From: an uncultured Candidatus Saccharibacteria bacterium
Lineage (GTDB): Bacteria; Patescibacteriota; Saccharimonadia; Saccharimonadales; UBA7683
DNA: 64,000 nucleotides
NCBI GenBank assembly: GCA_964632215.1
Contig: CAZWBG010000001.1
Coordinates: forward strand, 110,589 to 174,588
Direction: 5' to 3'
Shown here: positions 54,466 to 63,581 of the stretch, piece after piece
Layout of the letters: every line of letters begins with the position of its first letter
Numbering within the stretch: the stretch's first letter is position 1
Notes under the pieces: model-generated
Seen by the model: the letters and a program-made list of their open reading frames with translations, nothing else
What the model was told of the DNA's origin: nothing
Database searches by the model: none
Position numbers and translations under genes: made by a program

Positions 54466-55206
54466 CTAGCTCTCTATTCTGTCTACTATAGCTTCCTCTC
54501 TTCTGAGTACCCTCTTCTTCACCTTAAGCCTGGGCTTAGGGAAGTCTATTGCCTGAGTAATGACTTGGCATAAAGACTCTGCAACATCCTCCATTTGGAA
54601 ATAGATACCGGTCTGCTCCTTTAGGTCATTACGTAGACGCTTGACCACCTTTTCTGAGTAGAGCAGCCTAGCGAGACTTGCTGGATCAAGCGCGTTAGTT
54701 CTCTTCCAGAATGTCTCAAGCTCTCCGCGCTCTACGGCACGTTTTGTGAGATTCCAGATCAGTTCAGGAGATTTCTTCATATCATCACTATTCATCAAAT
54801 CTAACGTGAATATCAAAGTAGTTGTGATTGGCTTCCCAAAATTCACTCTATACAACTGTACCTCTCGCCCATTAAGTAGTAGTATCCAGTCAATACCCTC
54901 ATTGGCTGCATAACTAAGGCTCTGCCTGAGGTGCTTATCACTAATATCAATATCAATCGACTTTACTTCAACTACAAAGTGTTTCTTGCGCTTAAGCTGT
55001 ATGACATAATCTGCATACTCGGATCGTATCCTATACTCAGTCTTTATTTCTTCAAGTTCTTGATAGCCGAGAATTTCGGTGAGGAAATTATTTGTCATAA
55101 TTCTGGTTGCAGATTCATCAAGATTTGCAAACTCTTTTCGGAGGTACTTTTTCTTATAATTTTTAAGTGATTCTCGAAGATTTTGTAGTTGCTTCTCTGT
55201 TGCCAT
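54466..55206 (-). CDS. stand-alone PD-(D/E)xK nuclease-fold protein (type I restriction HsdR N-terminal-domain-like)
   Basis: YADYVI...HFVVEVKS gives a D...ExK arrangement. AAGGAA SD. Confidence 0.55.
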   Translation of the reverse strand: MATEKQLQNLRESLKNYKKKYLRKEFANLDESATRIMTNNFLTEILGYQELEEIKTEYRIRSEYADYVIQLKRKKHFVVEVKSIDIDISDKHLRQSLSYAANEGIDWILLLNGREVQLYRVNFGKPITTTLIFTLDLMNSDDMKKSPELIWNLTKRAVERGELETFWKRTNALDPASLARLLYSEKVVKRLRNDLKEQTGIYFQMEDVAESLCQVITQAIDFPKPRLKVKKRVLRREEAIVDRIES

Positions 55207-55287
55207 GGGATTTCCTTTGGTTTATGTTCCTTTTACTGACTTAACTATACCACTCTGGTATTAGGTCTTTCTGATATACTTAACGAT

Positions 55288-55821
55288 ATGAGCTCGGCTA
55301 AAATACCTCCTTTCATGAAAGTTCCGCCAGCAAGTTTTGATATTCCTGGTACGAATACTCGCGCACGTCTCTTTCAAGAAGGTGACGCAGAGAATCTTAC
55401 ACGACTTGCAACTAACGAAGCAGTGCAACGATATGTTCCTTGGGCTAAAAGAATACATGATGCTGATTCCGCTGCAGCTACTATTCATGAGTTCCAGAAC
55501 GTTTGGGATAAAAAGATAATGGCTCGCTACGCAATCGAGAAAGATCAGCAGTTTGTAGGATACGTAGGCTTATGGAGTGATCAAATAACAGGATACTACG
55601 AGTTTGGTTTTGCTACGTTGCCAGAGCTCCAGGGTCAAGGTATCGGTACTAGTGTGATAACCGAATTACTAAGCATCACGAAACAACATTTGGATGCAAA
55701 AGGCATGGTCGCATATGTCGGTGACACAAATGACGCCAGTAAGGCAGTTATAACAAAACTTGGATTTCAACCCACTGACCAATTTGACAGTGGTGACAGA
55801 CGTTACGAATTGCAATTCTAG
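55288..55821 (+). CDS. GNAT family N-acetyltransferase (RimJ/RimL-like)
   Basis: The acetyl-CoA motif region LPELQGQGIGTSVI. Confidence 0.8.
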   Translation: MSSAKIPPFMKVPPASFDIPGTNTRARLFQEGDAENLTRLATNEAVQRYVPWAKRIHDADSAAATIHEFQNVWDKKIMARYAIEKDQQFVGYVGLWSDQITGYYEFGFATLPELQGQGIGTSVITELLSITKQHLDAKGMVAYVGDTNDASKAVITKLGFQPTDQFDSGDRRYELQF

Positions 55822-56055
55822 TCTGCTACAATGTAGGGATACAAAACACTAAAATAGTACGTACAATTTGTTACTTCTCGGATCATCCTACTACAGCAGG
55901 TATCTAAAGTTGAAGCCATCGCAAAGCAACTCGAAGAGCGAGGCTATCTCATACAGACCAAGCAGTCTTGTGCTATTAGTTCCGATAAGGTCTTATTATA
56001 CTGCCCGAGCGCCTAAAGAAGAACGCGCCATCCTCGTAGGTTATAAATTACGAGG

Positions 56056-56400
56056 CTACATTGAGCGTGCAAGAGTCGAGGGACTTACGCTCAATGACCG
56101 AGGACCTTCAATACTTGGTAATTCTATGCTGAGTGCTTCTGCGCTTTGCTCAACTATACGACAAGCCACTAAGCCCATTCCTATGCCTGCCTCAAAGGGT
56201 TCTCGCACTTCTCCTGCTATTCGTGGTGATACGCGGGGCATATTTATGCGACGTACGGCTTGCGAGAGCACCTCTAAGACTACCTTACCATTTTCGAGAT
56301 CTGCAATCTCAATAGGTGTTACATCTTGTTCAAGCTGAGGCATCGCGGTACAGGATATTCGATTTGGGTAATCCTCAGGAAGGTAGTCTGGTGAACTCAT
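56056..56400 (-). CDS. hypothetical protein (114 aa)
   Basis: Supported by an extended -10 (TGtTATAAT, 56415-56407) exactly 6 nt upstream of its ATG. The overlapping plus-strand ORF is Ser/Arg-rich and looks like antisense noise. Confidence 0.5.
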   Translation of the reverse strand: MSSPDYLPEDYPNRISCTAMPQLEQDVTPIEIADLENGKVVLEVLSQAVRRINMPRVSPRIAGEVREPFEAGIGMGLVACRIVEQSAEALSIELPSIEGPRSLSVSPSTLARSM

Positions 56401-56512
56401 ATAGTTATTATAACATAATAACTAACATATATCGAGTACCATCTACTACAGACTGCCTATAGATATGCTGTGAGAATCTCCAGAATAGAAATTTGTTTGT
56501 TACTATTAGTAT

Positions 56513-57076
56513 ATGTCTAGATTTCTTATTCTTCATGGTACGGATGGTTCACCTGAGTCAAATTGGTTTATGTGGCTCAAAGGGGTCTTGATTGGTAGAG
56601 GTCATGAAGTATGGCTTCCTCAACTACCAGACTCTGATAAACCGAACGTTGAAACGTATAATAAATTTCTACTGTCAAACCCTGAATTTATCTATGATAA
56701 AGATACAATTTTAATCGGTCACTCATCTGGAGCTGTAGAAATATTAAGCTTACTTCAGCATCTACCGAAAGGTTCTATCGTAAAAGCAGCAGTTGCAGTG
56801 AGTGCTTTTAAAGATAATCTAGACTGGGATAGTCTCGACGGACTATTTACTGAGCCGTTCGATTTCGATTTAATCAACCAGCGTTGCCCAAACTTTACGT
56901 TTATACATTCTGATAATGATCCTTATGTTCCGATTGAACATGCAGAGTACTTGGCACAGAAGACAGGTGGAAGACTGCTGACACTTGAAGGACAAGGTCA
57001 CTTTAATACCGAACTAGGGCCACAGTACAAGAGATTCCCCGAACTCCTAGAGATCATCGAAGATCAGACTACGTAA
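56513..57076 (+). CDS. YdeN/RBBP9-type alpha/beta serine hydrolase
   Basis: ILHGTDGSPESNWFMWLK N-terminus and the nucleophile elbow GHSSGA. Confidence 0.75.
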   Translation: MSRFLILHGTDGSPESNWFMWLKGVLIGRGHEVWLPQLPDSDKPNVETYNKFLLSNPEFIYDKDTILIGHSSGAVEILSLLQHLPKGSIVKAAVAVSAFKDNLDWDSLDGLFTEPFDFDLINQRCPNFTFIHSDNDPYVPIEHAEYLAQKTGGRLLTLEGQGHFNTELGPQYKRFPELLEIIEDQTT

Positions 57077-57082
57077 AGTTCC

Positions 57083-58261
57083 TTAGCGAGCGGCGACGTA
57101 TGTGCCGGGGCGTTGTTTCGTCATGACAGTTTGCGTAAGAAATATCTTACGAGCACGAAACTGGGCGGCGCAGACCAGTAGGTAGAACTCCCACATTCGA
57201 TAAAATCGTTGATCATACTTAGTATGATCAAGTTTTGGGTAGGCTTTCTTGAAGTTCTTATACCAAGCCATCAGAGTTTTATGATAGTCGGGTCCGAAGT
57301 TTTGTAGATCTTCGATAGTAAAGAGTTTTTCGGCTCGCTTGCACATTTGTGAAACCGAAGGTAATACACCACCAGGAAAAATATACTTTTCTATCCATGG
57401 GTCGCTACGCACAGCGGGCGTAGGCCCTGTAATAGTATGTAGCAAAAATAGACCATCATCTTTAAGCCATTGGTTGCAGTGTTGAAAAAAGTTCTTATAG
57501 TTTTTGGGGCCAACATGTTCGAACATACCAACTGATACGATTCGATCAAATTTTTTGCCTGGCTGAAAGTCTTGATAAGTAGAACAAATCGGCTTAATTT
57601 TCTCGTTTTTTAGCTCCTTCATAAAGGCGACTTGTTCGCGTGCGGGAGTTAGGGCCATAACAGAAGCTCCGTAGTTAGCTGCCATATATTGTGCTAGACC
57701 ACCCCAACCGGCACCGATATCAAGAACCGTTAACCCCTTCTTAAGTTCTAGTTTTTCACAGATGAGCTGATATTTAGCCTCTTGTGCTTGATCTAGGTTT
57801 TTAGCTCCCCTTGCCCAATAACCGCACGAATACGCCATGCTAGGCCCTAACATAGGCTCGTATATATCATTGCCTATATCGTAGTGTGAGCGAGCATTCT
57901 TATAAGCTCGGCCACTTGCTTGTAAGTTAGTTAGCAAACCCAAACTCGCCCATGCAATGACTCGCCAGTTTCTTACAAACTGACCTTGAAGCCTCGTTTT
58001 AAACAATCGGAAGAAGAATTCCTCAAGATCTTTGCAGGTCCACCAGCCATCCATATATGATTCACCAACGCCGAGCGAACCTTGCTTGAGAATTCTTTTA
58101 TAAACTGCTGTGTTCAATACCTTGATGTCGTAGGGTTTAGGGCCATTTATGGTGACCCCCATTTTTGTTAGAAGTGTGCGATACTGTTCGACAAGCGCTT
58201 CATCCTTCATCTCATGCCCCCATAACGGTAAGATATAATCCCCTACTCGCTCTAATAGCAT
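57083..58261 (-). CDS. cfa: cyclopropane-fatty-acyl-phospholipid synthase family SAM methyltransferase
   Basis: VLDIGAGWGGLA SAM motif and a typical CFA C-terminal region. An alternative start is ATG 58210. Confidence 0.85.
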   Translation of the reverse strand: MLLERVGDYILPLWGHEMKDEALVEQYRTLLTKMGVTINGPKPYDIKVLNTAVYKRILKQGSLGVGESYMDGWWTCKDLEEFFFRLFKTRLQGQFVRNWRVIAWASLGLLTNLQASGRAYKNARSHYDIGNDIYEPMLGPSMAYSCGYWARGAKNLDQAQEAKYQLICEKLELKKGLTVLDIGAGWGGLAQYMAANYGASVMALTPAREQVAFMKELKNEKIKPICSTYQDFQPGKKFDRIVSVGMFEHVGPKNYKNFFQHCNQWLKDDGLFLLHTITGPTPAVRSDPWIEKYIFPGGVLPSVSQMCKRAEKLFTIEDLQNFGPDYHKTLMAWYKNFKKAYPKLDHTKYDQRFYRMWEFYLLVCAAQFRARKIFLTQTVMTKQRPGTYVAAR

Positions 58262-58439
58262 CGTATTCCTATTGAACGACAGTTAACTATATCTACATCA
58301 TAGCAGTAACTACTTTTTCAGAAAAGCCTCACTACCTAGATGATGTTGTAGGTAAGCATAAGTATTAAATACAATATATTTGCAAAAGAATAAATAAAAT
58401 GCTAAGATACTATAAATAACTAATTGTGTTGGAGTATCC

Positions 58440-58628
58440 ATGAGTATTGATAGTAATGTAGCAGGTATCACAAGTGTTGGTGGAATGGGTGGTGGAGCCG
58501 CAGCTATTACAGCTGAACTGGCTGGTACTGGTAATTCCGTAGTAATTGGTGTTGTCGTAGGACTAACGCTAGTAGTAGTTTCAGCGATCGTTATGCGGAG
58601 ATTACACCGCAACATTACCTCAAATTAA
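58440..58628 (+). CDS. hypothetical 62-aa Gly/Ala-rich protein with C-terminal TM anchor
   Basis: GGAG is upstream, and the downstream GT2 gene follows 19 nt later on the same strand. Confidence 0.4.
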   Translation: MSIDSNVAGITSVGGMGGGAAAITAELAGTGNSVVIGVVVGLTLVVVSAIVMRRLHRNITSN

Positions 58629-58647
58629 ATTTTAGAAGATTCATATT

Positions 58648-59940
58648 ATGAATAACTCGCTGCTTCTAATTTGTATAACGGTTGCCGCTGTTGCTCTCCT
58701 TGACTTTATTCCACGAGCAATAATTAAGGTTAAGAAGCCAACACAGGTCAAATCTTCGAGATCCAAGATACCTCCATACTACATTATGCCTACCGTTTAC
58801 GGTGATATTTCTTACCTTAAGAATGTTTCATTTCTAAAAAAGTATGCCAAACGTGTAATAATCTGTACCTCAAATTACGAAACACCGGAGTTTTATAGTC
58901 AATTGCGCCTTATTTGTCGTAAGAATGGTTTTCGATATATTAAAGCAGAAGTACCTGTCGTGAAGGGAATTCCGGTTAGGAACGCCTATACAATATACAC
59001 AGGCGTATTTAAGAAAGGTAATCAGCTCAAAGCTAAGAACAGTCAGCCGTGCATACTTATCGATGCTGATACTTATAGTAAACAAAACGTAAATGATCTA
59101 GTCCGTACGTTTGTTGAGTCAGATCTGCATATAGCTTCACTTCGTTGCGAGGCGGCAAAAACAGACAGTATTATAGAGGTGTTGCAGGCTTTTGAATATA
59201 AAATTGCTATGGACAATCGTAGCATGGATGCTTGGTTAACTTCTGGGGCTTGTAATATGGCTACTGTTAAGACATACAAAAAGGTCTTTGGTCTACATTC
59301 ACAATTTTTTGCTGGTGGCGATATTGAAATCGGTAAAATTGCGTCAGTTATGGGACTCCGAGTTGGGCATATTAATTTCACCTTTTTTACCGAATTACCA
59401 GATACTTTACATAAATGGTATAAGCAAAGAATCATTTGGTTTGCTGGTGGTACTCGACACCACCTCATTAATATTGGTAGCTATGGCTGGTTTCATTTTT
59501 TCATGTTGTTCTATAACTCAGTAATTATCTACCTGTTATTACCACTAAGATGGGTCGAGTTTATTAATTACCCTGCAACACTACTGTTGATGTTAGTAAT
59601 ATCTTGGTTCTACACCTTTGTACTACTGGCTGGGAGAAGTTGGAGAAAAGAGTACCTATTACTACCCTTTTATTCCTTTTTTCAGACGATGTGGATCGTT
59701 CCTCGAGGTTTTGTGGAATACTGCAGGTTTGCATGGCGTCAGCGTAGTCTAGGGCTCTTATCGTATGATCTAGAACACAAGACTCAACGTACGAGAAAAA
59801 CCTTTCTCGCTCTTAACGTCGCCAGTGCATCTTTGGTGATAATTATTGCTGTTGGGTTCAGTTACTTTCGCATGCAATATTGGATTCATAACCCAAACGG
59901 CTATCTAACTCAAGCTGCCCATATTATCGCAAGAGATTAA
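58648..59940 (+). CDS. membrane-embedded family-2 glycosyltransferase
   Basis: ILIDADT (DxD) and a deviant Q-R-I-I-W in place of QxxRW. N-terminal TM and a C-terminal TM bundle. Confidence 0.65.
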   Translation: MNNSLLLICITVAAVALLDFIPRAIIKVKKPTQVKSSRSKIPPYYIMPTVYGDISYLKNVSFLKKYAKRVIICTSNYETPEFYSQLRLICRKNGFRYIKAEVPVVKGIPVRNAYTIYTGVFKKGNQLKAKNSQPCILIDADTYSKQNVNDLVRTFVESDLHIASLRCEAAKTDSIIEVLQAFEYKIAMDNRSMDAWLTSGACNMATVKTYKKVFGLHSQFFAGGDIEIGKIASVMGLRVGHINFTFFTELPDTLHKWYKQRIIWFAGGTRHHLINIGSYGWFHFFMLFYNSVIIYLLLPLRWVEFINYPATLLLMLVISWFYTFVLLAGRSWRKEYLLLPFYSFFQTMWIVPRGFVEYCRFAWRQRSLGLLSYDLEHKTQRTRKTFLALNVASASLVIIIAVGFSYFRMQYWIHNPNGYLTQAAHIIARD

Positions 59941-60176
59941 ATAATTAATAACTAGATTAATTATTTTTGAGCTTTAAGTTTTTTCTTGATCGTGCGCTTA
60001 CGAGACGCGCTGTGTCGGTTCTTCTGCTTAGCCATTATATTCCTATCATTTACGTTACTACTTATCATACCACGAAACACCGTATTATATGCACTGATTC
60101 ACCTTTGGCTACCTGATGAGATTGTGAAACTTTCCGCAAGGGTCTACACTAAAGAATCTGGGAGGCATTAAATTAC

Positions 60177-61196
60177 GTGACAAGAGTAGACTTAAAAAAT
60201 TTATTCCATAAATTAGCCTTAACACCACTCAGTAGTTTAGCTACAAGCTCAACTGCCTTATCACAAAAGCTGGTAAAAATAGCAAAGATCAACCGTACGA
60301 ATATAGTGTTTTTGATCCTGTTTGGTCTGACGGTCTATTTTTTACTACCTAGACTCGGTCAGGTAGGAAGTATAGTAAGTGCGCTACAGCAGGCTCATAC
60401 TAATTGGCTTATTGCTAGTCTTTTGGCGTCCGTAGCGACGTATTTTGTAAGTTCACGCATATTGCAGTATTCAGCGTCTCGAGGTCTGATGTTTTCCGAA
60501 ACTTTAATGGTCAGCCTTGCTAGTTCATTTGCGAATGCGATAACACCAGGCGGTATCGGTGGGATATCGCTCAGCATACGTTATTTACAGATAAAAGGCC
60601 TCACGATCGCCAAGGCATCATCTATAACGGCGATCATTCGTATTGCTGGTGTTACTTCTACAATAATTTTACTACCTATTTTACTGCTGGTAGTCCAAGA
60701 CGTATCTTACCGACCCGCTGCACCTAGACTACTTACAGTTTTAATAACATCCATCGCTCTACTATTGGTGACAAGTATTATCTTACTATCCCCAAAGCTG
60801 AGGAAAGCCACACACTCTTTTTTGCGTGATCTACTAGGTCACACACTTGTGTTTGTTAGGAGTGGTAAGGTACCGTGGTTATTATTTATGTCAACATTCT
60901 TAACTTTGGTGTATTCTCTTAGCTTCTACTTTGCACTTTTGTCGGTAGGTCTTCATGTAAACCTGTTTTACGTTACTCTTGTGTATATTGCAGGATCTAG
61001 CTTGGGTGCGGCGGTACCAACACCAGGCGGCGTAGGTGTTACTGAGGCGGCACTTATCTCAGGCCTGGCTATTTTTGGGGTTGCTGCGGGGCCTGCCGTG
61101 GCGGGTGTGCTACTATTCCGCTTGATGACCTTCTGGCTTCCACTTATCCCAGGAATCTACGCCTTTAGATGGCTCGTAAAACACAAAAATATTTAA
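60177..61196 (+). CDS. flippase-like (UPF0104 / lysyl-PG-synthase TM-region family) membrane protein
   Basis: GTG start, 8 TM helices. PGGIGG (middle) and PTPGGVGVTEAAL (C-terminal) are the family signatures. Confidence 0.7.
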   Translation: MTRVDLKNLFHKLALTPLSSLATSSTALSQKLVKIAKINRTNIVFLILFGLTVYFLLPRLGQVGSIVSALQQAHTNWLIASLLASVATYFVSSRILQYSASRGLMFSETLMVSLASSFANAITPGGIGGISLSIRYLQIKGLTIAKASSITAIIRIAGVTSTIILLPILLLVVQDVSYRPAAPRLLTVLITSIALLLVTSIILLSPKLRKATHSFLRDLLGHTLVFVRSGKVPWLLFMSTFLTLVYSLSFYFALLSVGLHVNLFYVTLVYIAGSSLGAAVPTPGGVGVTEAALISGLAIFGVAAGPAVAGVLLFRLMTFWLPLIPGIYAFRWLVKHKNI

Positions 61197-61225
61197 ATAA
61201 AATAGGAAAAATGTGGATTTCTGGC

Positions 61226-61831
61226 TTAGTTTAATTTGGCACTTTGAGCGATTGTGGTGAGTGCTGCCTGCGCAGTAGTATCATCAAACGTTACAGCATC
61301 TGCTGGCTGACTAATCGCAAAGATGTATACGTTAGTACCCTTAACAACCGTGAGTGAAAACTCTTTTGTGTTGATGGCACTCGTAGCACTTGATTCAAAG
61401 GTAGCTCTGTCACCTATTCCGCTCACTGGAGTACCATCAGTAGCTGTAAAGCTGGAGATATTGTCGAATGACGCCTGGGTGTATGCTGCAAGATCTATAT
61501 AGAAGCTGTCAGTTATTGTACCCCCACCTACAAACGGATATACGCAGGTCTGACCCCTACCACCGTCACCAAGGCTCACGGTACCAGTATCGTCTGGGCC
61601 AGTTAGTGTAGCCACTGCGCTGCCGAGTGCAGTCTTAATAGTGTCGATATCAACTAGCTTACATAGGCCTAGATCACCTACATTTTCTGAAGATACTTCA
61701 CTTGTCGTCTCACTATTCGAGCTACTAGAGTTAGTAGTTTTGTCACCTTTTTTATTTAGTAGCAATACACCGCCTACTGCTAAAATCACGATAATAATAC
61801 CAGCAACGACAATGATTATTTTCTTGTTCAT
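61226..61831 (-). CDS. hypothetical secreted/anchored protein with Ser/Thr-rich linker
   Basis: N-terminal TM or signal anchor IIIVVAGIIIVILAVGGVLLL followed by an SSSSNSETTSEVSS linker. Confidence 0.55.
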   Translation of the reverse strand: MNKKIIIVVAGIIIVILAVGGVLLLNKKGDKTTNSSSSNSETTSEVSSENVGDLGLCKLVDIDTIKTALGSAVATLTGPDDTGTVSLGDGGRGQTCVYPFVGGGTITDSFYIDLAAYTQASFDNISSFTATDGTPVSGIGDRATFESSATSAINTKEFSLTVVKGTNVYIFAISQPADAVTFDDTTAQAALTTIAQSAKLN

Positions 61832-61910
61832 AAACAGTCTCCTTTTGGGTTATTGAATATAATTGAATTATACAACACACCCTTCATTAACAGAAAAGTG
61901 AAGAAGTATT

Positions 61911-61936
61911 AAAAAAGGCACCAAATGGTGCCTTTT
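61911..61936 (-). terminator. intrinsic terminator after rpmG
   Basis: The minus strand reads GGCACC-AUUU-GGUGCC followed by UUUUUU. Confidence 0.75.
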
Positions 61937-61944
61937 CTTGCTTA

Positions 61945-62151
61945 CTAGCGCTTCTTTGGTTTCACTTCGTTTCTACCAAGATTCTTCTTTGTCTCAGTAA
62001 ATACCTCACGGCGTCTTAGCCGTGAATTGTATTTCTTAAGACTGAGTTTATCAGGAGTGTTCTGAGTGTTCTTACGTGTGTAATACAAACGATCTCCGCT
62101 TTCTTCACCAACCAAACCTATAATTACTCGTTTTGTGCTCTTCTTAGCCAT
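61945..62151 (-). CDS. rpmG: 50S ribosomal protein L33 with basic C-terminal extension
   Basis: [42 protein letters not shown] follows the L33 pattern. At 68 aa it is longer than the usual ~50-55 aa. Confidence 0.8.
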   Translation of the reverse strand: MAKKSTKRVIIGLVGEESGDRLYYTRKNTQNTPDKLSLKKYNSRLRRREVFTETKKNLGRNEVKPKKR

Positions 62152-62165
62152 AGGATCCTATTCTA

Positions 62166-62420
62166 TCAAATAATTTCGTCTGTTTCAAGGGGTAACTCTT
62201 CAGGTTTAAGCCTTTCGCCCAGTACAACTCCTGCAGCACCCAAAATACTTGTAGCTAAGCCACCATAGAAAAGCTCTTTTGAGCTAAGTCCAAAACCAAC
62301 AAAACCAGCTCCTACACCCAGACAGCCAAGCTTAAACGAGGCATCTTGTACCCGTTCACCTAAGTTTCTCTTAGGCTTACTATTAACTTCGAATTGTTCT
62401 GGACGCATAGGGACAGTCAT
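62166..62420 (-). CDS. hypothetical glycine-zipper membrane protein (84 aa)
   Basis: An extended -10 (TGtTATAAT, 62436-62428) lies 7 nt from the ATG. GVGAGFVGFG and LGAAGVVLG helices. Confidence 0.5.
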   Translation of the reverse strand: MTVPMRPEQFEVNSKPKRNLGERVQDASFKLGCLGVGAGFVGFGLSSKELFYGGLATSILGAAGVVLGERLKPEELPLETDEII

Positions 62421-62466
62421 CCATTTTATTATAACATAATTAGTAAAAATATCTAAGTCTTTGATC

Positions 62467-62541
62467 TGGAGCCGTCGCCGAGACTTGAACTCGGGACCCC
62501 GTCCTTACCATGGACGTGCTCTACCACTGAGCTACGACGGC
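62467..62541 (-). tRNA. tRNA-Thr: tRNA-Thr (anticodon GGU), CCA encoded
   Basis: GCCGTCG/CGACGGC acceptor stem, anticodon stem-loop CGTCC-ATGGTAA-GGACG, discriminator U. Confidence 0.95.
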
Positions 62542-62647
62542 ATAATGCTGAGTAATTGTAGCAAAGTTTAAGGTAATTAACCACTTTTAGCGTGAATTTC
62601 AGCAGATCATCCTTATGGCTGAGTACCTTAATTTAGTTAGAGTTATA

Positions 62648-63148
62648 CTAGCCGACTAAACGTAGTATCTCGTCAGCAATTTCTTTTGGCGTTTTTTCAG
62701 CACACACAATAATGTGGTCAGACCAGTCTCTGTAGACTAACATGCGTTCTGTGTATAATTTTTCTATCCCACCATCAGCTAGACCAATGACGCCACGTTT
62801 ATTGGTAATATCAGGTGCTAATCTTGCCCTGATTACTTCTAGCTCGACGTCTAGTAAGACGATCTCTGTTTCTTCACGTAGCTTAGACAGGCTGTTCGTA
62901 TAGATAATACTTCCCGGTGGCGAAACAATAGTTTCGTGCAGATCATGTGACTGTACGCACATAAGTTCTAGGTCAAGAACATAATCCCTTCCCTTTTTTG
63001 CAAGTATCTCTGTTATAGGCATCTTCTCATGGGCAATCATCCACTCATCAATATCAAGCTGAGGGCAATTTAGTTTTTGGGCTAAAACACTACCGATAGT
63101 TGCTTTACCACTTGCTGGCATTCCAATGAGCGTTATACCTTTATTCAT
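62648..63148 (-). CDS. shikimate-kinase-like P-loop NMP-kinase-fold protein
   Basis: ITLIGMPASGKATIGSVLAQKLNCPQLDIDEWM. An extended -10 (TGcTATACT, 63163-63155) lies 6 nt from the ATG. Confidence 0.65.
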   Translation of the reverse strand: MNKGITLIGMPASGKATIGSVLAQKLNCPQLDIDEWMIAHEKMPITEILAKKGRDYVLDLELMCVQSHDLHETIVSPPGSIIYTNSLSKLREETEIVLLDVELEVIRARLAPDITNKRGVIGLADGGIEKLYTERMLVYRDWSDHIIVCAEKTPKEIADEILRLVG

Positions 63149-63160
63149 AATTGAAGTATA

Positions 63161-63195
63161 GCAAAGTAAAAAGACTTTCCGTAGAAAAAGTCTTT
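63161..63195 (-). terminator. intrinsic terminator after the 97-aa ORF
   Basis: 9-bp perfect stem AAAGACTTT/AAAGTCTTT with an 8-nt loop, followed on the minus strand by a U-rich run. Confidence 0.6.
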
Positions 63196-63248
63196 GGCGT
63201 GAGTGACATGATGTAGCATTGTCTACAGAGTAGAAACCCTACTGCAAA

Positions 63249-63542
63249 CTATTGACCTTTCTGACCCTGTGCAAATGTTTGATGCGGACAGTCGCTTGCT
63301 GCACGAGGACAATCGGGTTCATAAATGCCCTGGAAGTTGAGGACTAAACGAGCGGCACAAGTAGTCTCGGTAGCGACCTCATTGCCAATCTCAATAATTC
63401 GAACTACGTCTAAGCCTGTAAGATTATCCGTACCCGCTATTTTCTTAGCGGCTTTCTCAGCTGCAGATAACATTCCCACATTCTTGATACATGCTTCAAA
63501 CTGTGGGTCAGGAGTAAACTCATTATGAGAACGTCTAAACAT
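63249..63542 (-). CDS. hypothetical protein (97 aa, 4 Cys)
   Basis: A promoter abuts the ATG (see 63549-63577). Confidence 0.5.
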   Translation of the reverse strand: MFRRSHNEFTPDPQFEACIKNVGMLSAAEKAAKKIAGTDNLTGLDVVRIIEIGNEVATETTCAARLVLNFQGIYEPDCPRAASDCPHQTFAQGQKGQ

Positions 63543-63548
63543 ATATGT

Positions 63549-63577
63549 ATATTAACATGAAACACATGAATAGTCAA
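63549..63577 (-). promoter_or_regulatory. promoter TTGACT-N17-TGtTAATAT, 6 nt from the ATG (leaderless)
   Basis: The minus strand reads TTGACTattcatgtgtttcaTGtTAATATacatatATG. Confidence 0.5.
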
Positions 63578-63581
63578 TTGA

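Noticed and set aside
55868-56338. 156-aa plus-strand ORF overlapping the 114-aa minus-strand ORF.
   Set aside because: It has Ser/Arg-rich, low-complexity composition and no SD or promoter. The minus-strand ORF has an extended -10 exactly 6 nt from its ATG, like other genes here.
58310-58615. 101-aa minus-strand ORF overlapping the 62-codon plus-strand ORF upstream of the GT2 gene.
   Set aside because: It is antisense to the operon direction, Thr/Pro/Ala-rich, and has no start signal. The plus-strand ORF has GGAG and sits 19 nt before the GT2 ATG.
59986-60171. 61-codon TTG-initiated hydrophobic ORF between the GT2 and flippase-like genes.
   Set aside because: There is no SD and the start codon is rare. 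It could be a real mini-membrane protein, but the evidence is insufficient, so it is not listed as a feature.
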